Counted from the first letter of the stretch, positions 14,020 through 25,822 are shown. The stretch: 64,000 nt of DNA from Acanthaster planci (GCF_001949145.1 NW_019091356.1:1739667-1803666), one strand, 5' to 3'. The notes: generated from the sequence alone by a model not told the origin. Translations and numbers: made by a program.

Positions 14020-14760
14020 CGAAACTCATTATATGATAATGTCCCACTTCCTTTCAAGCTCTTTATGCATACTGATTTATTCTCTTAGTGCATTAAATCG
14101 CTGTCGGTATTATATGGGTCAGACTGAAACTAGAAATCGCTGGTAAACAGAGCAAGACGTCTTCCTAATTGGCTGAGCAATCGACTTCTGTTTCAGTCAT
14201 GTAAACCAAAAATCTTCATCTTAGGTCGACCACAAATCGTGCTCATGCACTATACTATTTCCCTTCATTAAATGAAGTATGTTCAGGATTACAATTTTGT
14301 TATACATCAATATTTATCGGGTAACATTAACGGTGCAATGTGCACAGCAAAGGGGCGCAGCTGAAAAATTTGCTTGACGAACTGTTTTACCATATTCAAT
14401 TAGGAAATTGGAAACACCATAAAAACTTTAAAAGTGCTTTAAAAGTTAACAACCAATGGAAAATTCTGTCAGATGCGTATTGCTCAAACATCTTTCTTGT
14501 TCTAAACGTCATATCCAAATACATTAATTACATTTTCTTACAACGGACACATCCTTCCGTACGAAAAGCAGGTGACAAGCTAACGTGACACTGATGGGCT
14601 ACATGAAAAAGTATCCCTCAAAGTGAACGAAAGGAAGGCTGGGCCGACCGTCGTGTTCCCATCTCCCTTATTATATTAAGAATTAAAATACCATGCACTG
14701 CTGAGATCAGGGAGCATTTACACTTTATACGTCCTATTGTACAGGAAAATCAAAATACCA
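14020..14760 (+). repeat. Non-coding segmental duplication, copy 1 (copy 2 at 22900-23630)
   Basis: Colinear matches: cgaaactcat.atatgataat..gtcccacttcc, catactgatttattctcttagtg, acgaaaagcaggtgacaag, gtatccctcaaagtga, ctattgtacaggaaaa.tcaaaat. Confidence 0.85.
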
Positions 14761-14934
14761 ATCTCAGAAAATTGTTTAGCGCCAAAAACTGGTTTCCTTA
14801 AAGCTAGCCCACACTGTTTGTGTGAATTTTACAGTCGGTTGGGTCAGTTGCAATTGCTGAATTGAAAGTGAAAAGATGTATCATTATCCCAGCTTATGTA
14901 GAAAGGAAATTTTTAAAAATGTAGCTTGTTTCGA

Positions 14935-15200
14935 AGTCAGTGCTTTTCAGATACACTACATATTTATCGACAACAGATGAATGGGAAAATTCAGTACTCA
15001 GTGAAAATTTCTCTACTCACTGCCGACAGTTACCTGCGTTGTCCTTCTGGGACAAACGTGGCAGTCCAACCTACTTCCACACTCTGGTTCTGTGGATTTC
15101 GACTGAGAGACACTGATGCAATTCCGATGGAGAGGAGGCTTCAGGCAACAAACAGCACAAAAAGGATGCCAAACATTCTAAAGCCATTGCCTCTGTAGGG
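14935..15200 (-). pseudogene. Decayed 5' fragment of an Ig receptor (signal peptide plus partial Ig1), copy 1
   Basis: ATG at 15187: MALECLASFLCCLLPEASSPSELHQCLSV, frameshift, NPQNQSVEVGWTATF, deletion, SSVVDKYVVYLKST (compare SPGVDKYLVYLNRT in the 17753 gene). Confidence 0.7.
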
Positions 15201-15641
15201 ATTACTTAGTACAGAATCACAAAAATGAAACCATTAAATAAAAGTTTTTAGTCATAGGCCTAGTTACTGTTTAGAATGCATCAAGTTGACACGCACAACA
15301 TTAATGACTCCGAAGTGAAGAACTTGCCTATGATCATGTTCGTAAAAACGGGCAATACTTATTGGACATTTCCAAATTAAAATATCCTGCATTAAAATAC
15401 ACACCTCTATCGTTACCACACAATGCCTTGTTTGTAAACTGAAGAAGCAATAGGATGCGCTTGGCCACTAAGGATGCAAGAAAGACGTAAAAACCGTTCC
15501 GATATAGGAACATCATCCAAAGAAAAAAAACGAAACGTTGACTGACATTGATATCATCCATTGAATGAAAATGATAAAAAAATTTATTCCTGCAAAAACA
15601 AAACACAGGTACCTTTCCCCAATGGGTCGGTATGAGTTCAT

Positions 15642-16455
15642 TTAACAGCACCGGTTCACTGATCCTGGTGCAATGGTGGCACTACAATCTGGTATCAGGT
15701 ACGGATTCCCTTCCACTCGTTGAGTGCTAAGTAGGGTCACATCCGGTCTGCCTCTTGGCACAACACTCGTTTCCCTGAAAGGCTTGTGTCGATTAGATCA
15801 CCCGATCCGAGTACCCACCACCACTTATATTAAGTGAGGCCCGTGCAGCAAAATATCCTGCAAGAACTGTGATGCTAGTATAATTTCATATGACGCAATA
15901 CAGTAGGCAAACTTGTAAGTGAGGCTAGTCAGCGTCACGAAAATTTGCAAGCAGAAGGCTTTAACAAGCCTCCCTTATAAGTTTGCCCAATGTTTTGCAC
16001 CATACGATAATATATTGGCATCAGAGTTAGAGCATGGCTCACTTATAAGCAGCGGTGGGTAGTTGGATCAGGTAATTAGATCTGTCACCTTAAGGTCCTC
16101 CTGCCTCAGTACCGGGGACACTCTCTGCACTACCATGTCATTCACGAAGATGAATCTCAGAGTAATGATGACCACCTTGATCTGTTCCTGCTCCCATGGT
16201 GCTGAAAAACTGGGGATAAAGTCTTCCGGGAGAAAAAGTGGACGATAAGGGGCGAAACGTGGGGAACCCTTCGGGTCTTCGCTGACCACGGACCTCAAGC
16301 TGCTGGGCCCTTACAGGATTTCTTATCTTGTGTCGGTAGACCAAGATGCTAAGAATGGTAGCTACAACGATGAACACTGCGAGTGAGCCACCGATAATTG
16401 CCCAATGTAGCGCATCCCTGACATGTGTGGGGCTCGGAGATGCAGAACTGGGAGG
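15642..16455 (-). pseudogene. 3' part (stalk, TM, class-B tail) of an Ig-receptor paralog; premature TGA at 16138 and MITE insertion; 5' part lost in the gap
   Basis: Reads PPSSASPSPTHVRDALHWAIIGGSLAVFIVVATILSILVYRHKIRNP...EGFPTFRP...HHYSEIHLRE*. Past the MITE it resumes SNRHKPFRETSVVPRGRPDVTLLSTQRVEGNPYLIPD, which aligns with the tail of 34738-36150 (RNRHESSKET...AESPYLIPN). Confidence 0.75.
15799..16074. mobile_element. 276-bp MITE with imperfect ~45-bp TIRs and a 7-bp target-site duplication ATTAGAT
   Basis: Left end cacccgatccgagtacccaccaccacttatattaagtgagg; right end reverse-complemented tacctgatccaactacccaccgctgcttataagtgagc. ATTAGAT at 15792-15798 and 16075-16081. A paralogous empty site lies at ~20502-20520. 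Confidence 0.85.
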
Positions 16456-16480
16456 NNNNNNNNNNNNNNNNNNNNNNNNN
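16456..16480. other. Assembly gap (25 N)
   Basis: N run that joins two different receptor paralogs. Confidence 1.
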
Positions 16481-17753
16481 CAACAACCCAGTTACTGCTA
16501 TCACCAGACGAGTCGTCATGAGTAAGCGTTCCTTCAAGTCCGTCCCTCCGCCCGTTACTCCCTCCTTTACCAGCAAGTTCTTGTAAAGACTCACGCCTTG
16601 TTACTGGTTCGTGAAGGCGTGTATCTGGCACTACTGCATATACCTCATCTAGCTGGACGTCGACGGGGTGCTGAACAGAAGAAAGAGGGATGCTCTGACC
16701 GATGCGAGGTGTATCTTCATTTCGTGTTGGAAATGTGCCATCGACGTATATGTGGGAATCCCTCATTGAGTTGGACACAAAGCGTCTCAGAGTGGGCGCA
16801 GCTTGGTCGACTTGGTAAGATCTGTTCCTGGGTTTCCGTTGGTAACGACGATGTAAGGCAACACAAAGGATCATGGTAGCAACAAGGATTATCACTGCAA
16901 GCAATGAAGCACCGATAATTGCCCAATGTAGCGCATCCCTGACATGTGTGGGGCTCGGAGATGCAGAACTGGGAGATTGAGTGGACAGTGGCGGGGCCGT
17001 ATCATTCAGTGTCTCTGTAGCCACTAGTACCTGATACCAAGGGCTCTGCTGTTCACAATCAGAGCTGTAAGCGACGGTACATCTGATCTGGCTTTTGTTG
17101 TCAGATGCTATGAGCGGAGAGATGACCAGTCGATTTGTGGAAATTTTGAATCTGTCCGCAGTGTTACTAACAGAAACGGCGTGGTTGTCTGCATCCCTCA
17201 TTTGCCATCTTATCATGGAAGAGACTGGATAACAATCGGAATCACAGAAAAACTCCCCTTTACCACCAACAACTAGTCCTTCATTTTGAGTTACTGTGGT
17301 AGAGATGTGTACGTGGCAGATGGTTTGATTAGTTACGATTAGAATTGCGGAACTAGAAGACTTGAAGGAATCTCCTCTTCCGGATACATCGCAGAGGTAC
17401 TTCCCAGAGTCAGCTGAAGTAGCGTTGTTGATTACCAGCGTGTAGATCGTTGCCTCTCCAGTGCGATTTAAGTACACCAAATACTTGTCGACACCAGGTG
17501 AAGGGAGGACATCAGAGCAGTGCGACAATTGTCTAAGGTCTGAGCTACCACTTAGCTGCATTTTCCACGAGATCCAGTGATCGGCGCAACCGATATGAAA
17601 GTCGACATTGCACGTGAATGTCGCACTCCCACTTTCAGTAACACACTGGTTCTCTGGAATCAGACTGGCATGGCCATACGCCGGTGCGGAGAAGGCACAC
17701 ACCAGAATGCAAAAGTACGAAAGACTATCTGAAGCCATGGGCTCCCTGATCAT
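16481..17753 (-). CDS. Intronless two-Ig-domain type I receptor, class-A tail; 3' end runs into the N gap
   Basis: Signal peptide (MASDSLSYFCILVCAFSAPAYG). V-like Ig with FTC...ISW...YTLVI...DSGKYLC. Second Ig with FFC...IRW...LVISPL...IRC. TM WAIIGASLLAVIILVATMILCVAL. Tail with SHIY and EVYAVV. The ORF-track residues beyond the gap are out of frame and belong to a different paralog. Confidence 0.88.
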
Positions 17754-18039
17754 GTCAGCATCAGAACTGACTCACAATCAATTTCGTTTTGAATATTATG
17801 TACGTAATAAACCTGGATTTCAGAGTCAATTTGTGGAAGTTCCGACTGCGTCTTTGGTGGTATTAAATGGAAGGAGTCTGGTTACCTGGTCAAAATCGGC
17901 AGCCAAAACTCCACAGACGCCAGTAACTTGATTTGACAATGTCGATGAGGGTTTTACAGCCGATTCGGTCAGTTATAATTGAACTGAAAGTGAAGAATTA
18001 TCCTTGCAACAGCTGAAGTAAAAGTGGGAAAAAAACCTG

Positions 18040-18330
18040 GGGGTCTTTGGATAGCAAGTACTATTCCGAAATACTGAACACTTCTCGACAACAGATGTCT
18101 GGGCAATTTCAGCACTCAGGTCAGTATTGCCAATTAGCTGCCTTGTCTGGAATAGATTATTTGTGGCAGCCTCATATATATATACACACTCTGGTCCTGT
18201 GGGTTTTCGACCACGAAAGACACCGACGTGTTTCTGACGGAGAAGAGGCTGGCAGCAAAGGGCATAAAAAGGATGCACATGAATCTGGAGCCAATAACTC
18301 TGTCAGGATTACTTTATTTCATAAACATTG
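18040..18330 (-). pseudogene. Decayed 5' Ig-receptor fragment, copy 2
   Basis: Nucleotide similarity to 14935-15200 (tcgacaacagatg, cacactctggt.ctgtgg, aaaaaggatgc, ggattacttt). Confidence 0.6.
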
Positions 18331-19569
18331 AAACTGTGAATTGAAAATTACAACAACAGTTTCTTTTTGGAGAGCATAAATTTCACACGCAACGAAACCT
18401 CTATAATTATTATACGTATATTCGTAGGTTTGTTCACGGGAGGATTTTTTTCATTGAAAGGGAATTCCGTAAATATGCCAGTTTCATTATAAAATGCCAC
18501 ACTGAAGTTATCAAGGGAATAAACTGAAAGAACTTCCGTGTACGGATATCAGGTTTATACATTGGTCGCAGTAAAGAACATTGATGCATTTCTATAAACC
18601 TTCAGTAATGTCAACGCTCCCTTTAGATACAAAAGTTTGAATTTATCAATGGAACCAAAGTTGTCAAACGTGCTCCGTGTGATGTTCAGTTATGGAACAA
18701 ACAAATAATTAATAGAGCCATCACAGACTAATTGCTGGTAATCGTTCACGAACAAATTCAAATTCTATATCATTCACACTGGTGAAACTGTGTTACGTTG
18801 CAACATTCGTTTCACTAAATAACAGAAGTAACCTTAATCCCACAGGTGTGGGTATAATCATATTAAAATCAAAGGATTGAGGACTAGTAAGGTTACATTT
18901 CCTCACAATTTCCCTTGTTAATACTTCTACTTGTCAGTTTCGACATAAAAGATACAAATGCACAAATACAGTCCTAGCAAGCAATCAGAAGGAAAGCACT
19001 CCTCTTGTTAATATTAAAACACTGCTGATGATCGGTACAATTATCCTCCGGTACAACTATATCTCTCGTACACAGTAAACAAAAACTGCTGTACTCTTTC
19101 TGTCAAATGCTATTAACAAAAAAACATAATATTTCAAACAAAGCGGGTTCTTTCAAATTAGAGAAACAGCCGCCTGAAAACTACCTGCAATACTAAAAAT
19201 CCTTTCTAGGGATGTGCTTTTTTTCCCGGTATGTCAATTTCTGTATAACAAGGAAATGACTCCTAAAAGTCAGTGTAATTTAAGGTGAAACAAAACAGTA
19301 TAATGCAATCAAAGTTTCGAATGTCATTTCTGTACAGATTTGCAAAAACTAAAACAAGTCAAAAAGTATTGTGTTCACTTTCGCACAGTCGTATGCAAAG
19401 ACATATTTCGCAACAATGAAATTTTCACCAAAAAAGTGGATTATAAAAACACTCTCTAAACTACAACACTCCCAGGCCAGCCGACTGATCACAAGGCATT
19501 CAAGATTATTAAGTGAATGATCCAAAAATGATGACTAAAAACTGTCAGGCTTTTATGCCTACAANGGTC

Positions 19570-19920
19570 GTAGCGCACTCAGTCCTTTTCAAAGAATAAC
19601 TCGATATTTTTCGACGACAGATGCATAGGAACATTCAGCACTAGGTAACAATTCTCTGCTCAGTACCGCCAGTAAGCTGCCTTGTCCTCTGGGGACAAGT
19701 GTGGCAGTCCCTTCTACTTCCACAAGCTGGTTCTGTGGATTTCGACTGAGAGACACTGATGCAATTCTGATGGAGAGGAGGCTTCAGGCAACATATTGCA
19801 CAAAAAGGATGCCAACAAATCTAAAGCCACTGTCTCTGTCGGGATTACTTTTATTTCACAAATGTGAAACCGTGAAATACAAGGTTTTAGCCATAGTTCC
19901 TGTTTGGAAAGCACGCAACG
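19570..19920 (-). pseudogene. Decayed 5' Ig-receptor fragment, copy 3
   Basis: Near-identical core to 15050-15190 (ggttctgtggatttcgactgagagacactgatgcaattc.gatggagaggaggcttcaggcaaca); reads LLASFLCNMLPEASSPSELHQCLSV. Confidence 0.7.
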
Positions 19921-19981
19921 ACACAGTGAAGAGAATGCATGGAGAGAATGGGGAAAGGGCTCTTGTATATCTCCAAGAGAA

Positions 19982-20357
19982 AATGTGACCCGTCACAACA
20001 AAATGAGAGCAAAGTCAGATTCCGCTCTTTCCTGTTTTGAAAGTTCAAAATCATATTGAAGTGGAGGTCAATTTTTGGGTTTTGGGATATTTCGCGGGAT
20101 CATGTAGTTAAAAATGTCATTTTCGCAACAGTTTTGACAATAATGTTATTCGTGCATGGTCTGAAATGTTGAAACAATATTGGGAACAAAGGCGCAAAGC
20201 TGCCAGAATAATGTCACATCGTCACCTTATACTTTTACCCCAGGTGTTCCATGTACATGCTATTGGAAGCTCTTTTTCTGCTGAACTCCAAAATAACAAT
20301 ATCTCAATTTTTGAAAATTTTGACTTGCAGCTCATTTTGTGGCGACAGGTTACAAAT
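19982..20357. mobile_element. MITE-like element with ~35-bp imperfect TIRs
   Basis: aatgtgacccgtcacaacaaaatgagagcaaagtc versus reverse complement of the right end, tttgtaacctgtcgccacaaaatgagctgcaagtc. Confidence 0.65.
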
Positions 20358-20499
20358 ATCCTACACTTACTACACACCTTTACTTAACACATAATGCATT
20401 GCTTGTAAATTCACGAAGCAACAGGGTGCGCTCGGCTAGAATCAAGAATGCAAGAATCTTTCGGATACACAACCCCCTCTGAAAAATAAAAAAAATGAC

Positions 20500-21070
20500 A
20501 TATGTCGATTGGGTCTGTCACGTTGAGGTCTTGCCGGTTCTCTCGGAGAGTGTTTACTCTAAGCTTGCGTGCACATAACACCATATGGAGGAATTTTTAA
20601 AGTGACGATGTTGTTTGGGGCGTTCTTGACTCGATGGTGTGGCAGTACAGGGGAAATCTTGTGGTCATGGTTGACGTGGATAACGAGAGGTTAAGGATGG
20701 CGAACCCTCCCCCTCTTCGCTGACCAGGGATCTCACCCCCCCCTCTCTGGCGGGCCGTGGGGCACTTTCTAATCTTGGGTGGGTAGGACCAATACGCTAA
20801 CGATGGTAGGTGCAAGGACTAGAGCGGCGAAGCTATTGCCAAGAATCGACCACAGGACGACGAGCTGATCCGTGTTGGTATTGGTGATTAGCCGCGTTGC
20901 CCGCTGCAGGGTTGGGAACTAGAGAGGCGTAAACTTGTGCTGGAAATGGGGGGAGGGGTGGAGAACGATGGGGGGGGTGACGTCCTCGGCCATGGAAATA
21001 TTAAAAGAGGGGTATGACACCACATGACTCTATATACGGGTCGATGCTCATTACAGTAATGTACAGCTGT
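20500..21070 (-). pseudogene. Degenerate stalk, TM and class-B tail fragment
   Basis: KIRKCPTARQ...GQRRGGGFAILNLSLSTSTMTTRFPLYCHTIES aligns with KIRKHPVVRQ...EGFPTLRPSSSIPTTTRGNPVYFHTIKPES of 34738-36150; RDRPNRH at ~20502-20522. Confidence 0.7.
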
Positions 21071-21429
21071 ACATTACATTACATATAATAGGCCAAATAT
21101 CGTATTGGTTTCCCACAACTCAGTGTTACGATCACAAACCTGGTTTCCTGGTTTATTTGCTTAGATTGCCATTCTGTCCGTGGGGCTAAGGCACAAAGTC
21201 TTGTTACCCGCTCACTTTAATACTCATCTTACCATAGACGAGTCTTGGTACGGGTCAATGTCATGGCCAAACTCTACTTAAGCGCCCAAAACTGGTTTCC
21301 TTAAAGCTAGCCCACACTGTTTGTGTGAATTTTACAGTCGGTTGGGTCCGTTGCAATTGCTGAACTAAAAGTGAAAAGGAATATCCTTGCACCAGCTGAA
21401 ATAACAGAGGAACTAAAAAAAAAACTGGA

Positions 21430-21790
21430 GGTCGTTACGCAGTCAGTGTTTTTCAGCTATACTAAATATCAACAGATGAATGAACCAATTGAGCATTCGG
21501 TACAAAATTCCCTGCTAAGTGTCGCCAGTTCAGCTACCTTTGGGGACAAATGTGGCAGTCCAATACACAATCTGGTTCTGTGGATTTCGACTAGGAGAAA
21601 CTGATGGAATTCTGTGGAGAGGAGGCTGCAGGCAACAAACTGCACCAAAAGGATGCCAACAAATCTAAACCCATTGTCTCTGTCGGGATTACTTTTATTT
21701 AACAAAAGTGAAACCATGAAATACAAGGTCTTATTCACAGTTCCTGTTTAGAAAGCCTAAATTTCACACGTAACGACAGTGATGACTCAA
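21430..21790 (-). pseudogene. Decayed 5' Ig-receptor fragment, copy 4
   Basis: Same core (tctggttctgtggatttcgact...ggagaggaggctgcaggcaacaaac.gcac.aaaaggatgccaac); the flank at 21281-21375 is near-identical to 14778-14875. Confidence 0.7.
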
Positions 21791-21854
21791 AAGTGAAGGA
21801 AATAGATATGTGTTTGTGAAAAAAATCCCACACGTGATACAAACCTCGTTCATT

Positions 21855-22170
21855 ATTTTCTAATCTCGGGTGCGTAGGACCAATACGCCAACGACGGCAG
21901 GTGCTAGGACTAAAGCGGCAAAGCTATCGCCAAGAGACGCCCACAGGACAACGGGCTGATTCGTGTTGGTAGTGGTGATTATGCGTGCTCGGCTGAAGGA
22001 TAGGGAAACAAAGTGGCGTAAATTTGTGACGGCAGTTGGGGGGGTGAGATGGCGCGAGGTGGGGGGATGACTTGCTCGGCTAAGGAAATACGAAAAGCGG
22101 GATGGGGTGACACTTTATGACTCTATAGAGAGGTCGATGTTCGTGATATTGACGTACAGCTGTATATTAA
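21855..22170 (-). pseudogene. Second, truncated copy of the stalk/TM fragment at 20765-21070
   Basis: Colinear nucleotide similarity, e.g. tttctaatct.gggtg.gtaggaccaatacgc.aacga.gg.aggtgc.aggacta.agcggc.aagctat.gccaaga through gtacagctgta.att. Confidence 0.7.
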
Positions 22171-22899
22171 ATTCGTGCAGAATCACACATCAGAATGGTT
22201 TTTTTATTGTTTTCTTTTTAGAGTGATATTGAATGCATTTTAGTTGTTTGGCAGTCCAAAAATGCCTTCAAAATCCACTTCAAATTTTTGCTTACCACAA
22301 ATCCGAGGGGGTGATTCAATAGCCCATCCACCGACTCACAAAAGGGTCATACATACCCCCATCCCTGCGGGATTTACGCTCATGCTAGAGAGATTTGTTG
22401 GCTACTTACCCAACTCTCATTACAGAACTGGAAATGTTCAGCAATACCTGATACCAAAGGATCCACTGCTCACAGACTGTGAAATACGTGACCTAAAATC
22501 ACATTTGATTTACATTGAACACATAAGTGAAAAGATGAATACGTGTACTTGATTTGCTGAAGATGTAAATCAGTCCACGGTGTTTGTGGGAAAAAGCGAG
22601 TAATGCAAACGTAACAGAATCTGGGTAAGGGTCAGTGTCGCATTAAAATTCCTTTGGCTTGCTAAAGACAGTTCTCACATTTGAGTTGTTCTAAGAGAAA
22701 AAGTTGAAAAGGAATTTGACAGATGCCCGTGCTTACGTAGTACGGAGCTCTGGAAGTGCCATCCGACTTGTTGAGATCCTTACGTACTTTTTCTCGGGAT
22801 GCCTGCGCACTCAGATCCATTAAAATAACGATTTAATGCAATATGGGCTGATATTATGAACGTATTATTATATTTCAAAGCAAACATTGCATTTTTCCT

Positions 22900-23630
22900 T
22901 CGAAACTCATCATATGATAATAATGTCCCACTTCCGTTTAAGCTCTTTGTGCATACTGATTTATTCTCTTAGTGTATTAAAATCAGTTTCAGTCGACATA
23001 GATCTGACGAACACTGGTCAACAGAAAGAGATAACGTTTTCTTAACTACCTGAGTCCTCGACTTCTATCTCGCTCATTTATAAACAAAATATCTTCCTCT
23101 GAAGCTTTTACGTTGAACACAAATAGTGCTCACACATTACGCTGCTCCCCTTTTATAAAATGAAGTATTTTATAGGTTACAATTTTGCTATGCATGTACA
23201 TCAACATTTCTCAGGAAACTTTAACGGTGCAATGTGTACGACAAACGGCCACAGCTGAAAAACTTGCTCGGCATATTATCTTACCGTATTCAATCAGGAA
23301 ATCGTAATCACCATAAAAAGTTTAAAAGTGCTTTAAAAACTTCACAGCCAATGCAAATGCTGTCAGCTATGTATTGCTTGTACCTTCTTCTTGCTCCAAA
23401 CGTAATTTCCAAATAAATTAATTACATGTTCTACGAAAAGCAGGTGACAAGTTAAAGTGACAATGATGGGCTGCATGAAAAGGTATCCCTCAAAGTGACA
23501 ACAGGAAGGCTGGACCCAACCGTACTGGTTTCTGCCTCCCTAATTATTAAGAATTAAAATGACACCGGTGAGATCAAGGAACAACTACACTTCACAAGTC
23601 TATTGTACAGGAAAAATCAAAATGCTACTC
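22900..23630 (+). repeat. Non-coding segmental duplication, copy 2
   Basis: Colinear with 14020-14760. Confidence 0.85.
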
Positions 23631-24231
23631 TTAAAAAGCATATTATGTTAAACTACACATTAAGTACACATATTTAACCGAATACACTTAAATTCTGTGG
23701 AATTCTGGGTTCAATCTTGTATTATAACTCGCATCACAGTGCAACTGGCAAAGAAAAGATGAAAATATGCAAGGAATCATAACAGGCAACTTTCTAGCAG
23801 GCATGTTTAAGTGAGAACATTTGCACACTTTAATAAAAGGCTCACACTTGGGACTACTTTTTCAGACGCGTTCTCGCGAAGTACATGGACTTCCAAACAT
23901 TTGTGAGTATGCTGTACATTATTTTCACATGGAATGTGTGTGAAAACTAACTACTCTACTATTCACTACAACATAATCAAAAGTCGTGATCACGTGATCA
24001 ACTATAAAACTTATGGAAAACAAGCATGGTCGCTGTAGCTTAGTGTCTAACCACATTTCTCACCTTATCGTCTCATTGGTTTTGGTGTCATAGTTATTCA
24101 GTAATGAGTCACTAATCACGTTGGTCTCATAGTTTGGTTTGAGAAACGGGCAGGCATCCCTAAATGGACATGGAAGGTCATGATCAGGCCTCTAAAAGAC
24201 GTAGGAGTATTTACCAGAATATACAAAAACT

Positions 24232-25286
24232 TCAAAAAGGGTACACTTTATTGGGTAGGGTATACAGATCTTCCCCAACCTGAAATCTTACAGGAGCAAC
24301 AGACGATTTACTGCTGTTACCAGAAGAACTGTCAGAATATTCGGCGTTGTCAAGTTTCACTTTACTTGGCACAGTGTACAGATCTTCCCCAAACTGGACA
24401 CGAGTCGGGGTTCCTTCTGGTTGATCAATTCGCCCCTTATTCCCTCCGTTACCAGCGTGTTCTTGTGAAGACTCAGGCCTTGTTGCTGGCTCGCGCATGC
24501 GTGTATCAGACACCGCCGCGTATATGTCTCCTAGCTGGGGGTCAGCGGGATGCTGAGCAGAAGAAAGAGGGATGCTTCGACCGATGTCAGGTACATTTCC
24601 GGATCGTGTTGAAAATGAACCATCGCCGTATATGTGGGAATCCCTTCTTGAGTTGGGAATAAAGCGTCTCAGAGTAGGGGCGGCTTGGTCGACTTGGTGA
24701 GGTCTGTTCCTGGGTTTCCGGTGAGCGCAACGATAGAAGGTGACACTAAGGATGGTAGCTACGAGGATCAGCAAAGCAAGGATACCACCAATAACCAACC
24801 ACAATATCATAGGCGGACCCGTATCTGCATCGGTGATGCTCTGTGTTGGGCCTGGAGATATAGCATTAAGAGGTTGCGTTGGCAACTGCGTGAGAAACTT
24901 CAAGCCGGAATCATCCCGCGTCTGTGCAACCACTAACATCTGATACCATGCACTAAATTCTTCACAATCGGTGGTGTACACGATACTGAACTTGGCTTGG
25001 CATTGTATTTGGCTTCCGTTGTCTGAGACCAAGACTGGAGATAAGGTCAGTCGATTTGCAGAGGTTGCAAACCTGTCGTCGTTGTTAAGGAAAATTGCCT
25101 GGTTGGCTTCTTTCTTCATGAGCCACCTAACCGTAGAAGAGTTCTGGAGAGGATCAATGTCACAGCGAAAAGTCCCTTCACTACCTACAGTCAGTTCTTC
25201 CATTTGAGTGACTCTAATAGATAGGTTTTGATTATTTTGGCAGATGCTTTGATTGGTCACTGTTAGAAATGCAGGCTTTGAAGTGT
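24232..25286 (-). CDS. Intronless Ig receptor, class-A tail; second Ig, stalk, TM and tail visible; signal peptide and first Ig presumably inside the 536-N gap
   Basis: Open frame from the gap edge to TGA at 24232. D2 and stalk are very similar to 30428-31870. TM ILWLVIGGILALLILVATILSVTFY. Tail motifs SHIY, DIYAAV, EDLYTVP and EDLYTLP. The missing ~380 nt would fit inside the gap. Confidence 0.85.
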
Positions 25287-25822
25287 NNNNNNNNNNNNNN
25301 NNNNNNNNNNNNNNNNNNNNNNNNNNNNNNNNNNNNNNNNNNNNNNNNNNNNNNNNNNNNNNNNNNNNNNNNNNNNNNNNNNNNNNNNNNNNNNNNNNNN
25401 NNNNNNNNNNNNNNNNNNNNNNNNNNNNNNNNNNNNNNNNNNNNNNNNNNNNNNNNNNNNNNNNNNNNNNNNNNNNNNNNNNNNNNNNNNNNNNNNNNNN
25501 NNNNNNNNNNNNNNNNNNNNNNNNNNNNNNNNNNNNNNNNNNNNNNNNNNNNNNNNNNNNNNNNNNNNNNNNNNNNNNNNNNNNNNNNNNNNNNNNNNNN
25601 NNNNNNNNNNNNNNNNNNNNNNNNNNNNNNNNNNNNNNNNNNNNNNNNNNNNNNNNNNNNNNNNNNNNNNNNNNNNNNNNNNNNNNNNNNNNNNNNNNNN
25701 NNNNNNNNNNNNNNNNNNNNNNNNNNNNNNNNNNNNNNNNNNNNNNNNNNNNNNNNNNNNNNNNNNNNNNNNNNNNNNNNNNNNNNNNNNNNNNNNNNNN
25801 NNNNNNNNNNNNNNNNNNNNNN
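25287..25822. other. Assembly gap (536 N)
   Basis: N run covering the 5' part of the 24232 receptor. Confidence 1.

Noticed and set aside
16362..16455. C-terminal LPVLHLRAPHMSG... of the 463-aa ORF
   Set aside because: Artefact of reading through 25 Ns; the sequence belongs to another paralog in a different frame.
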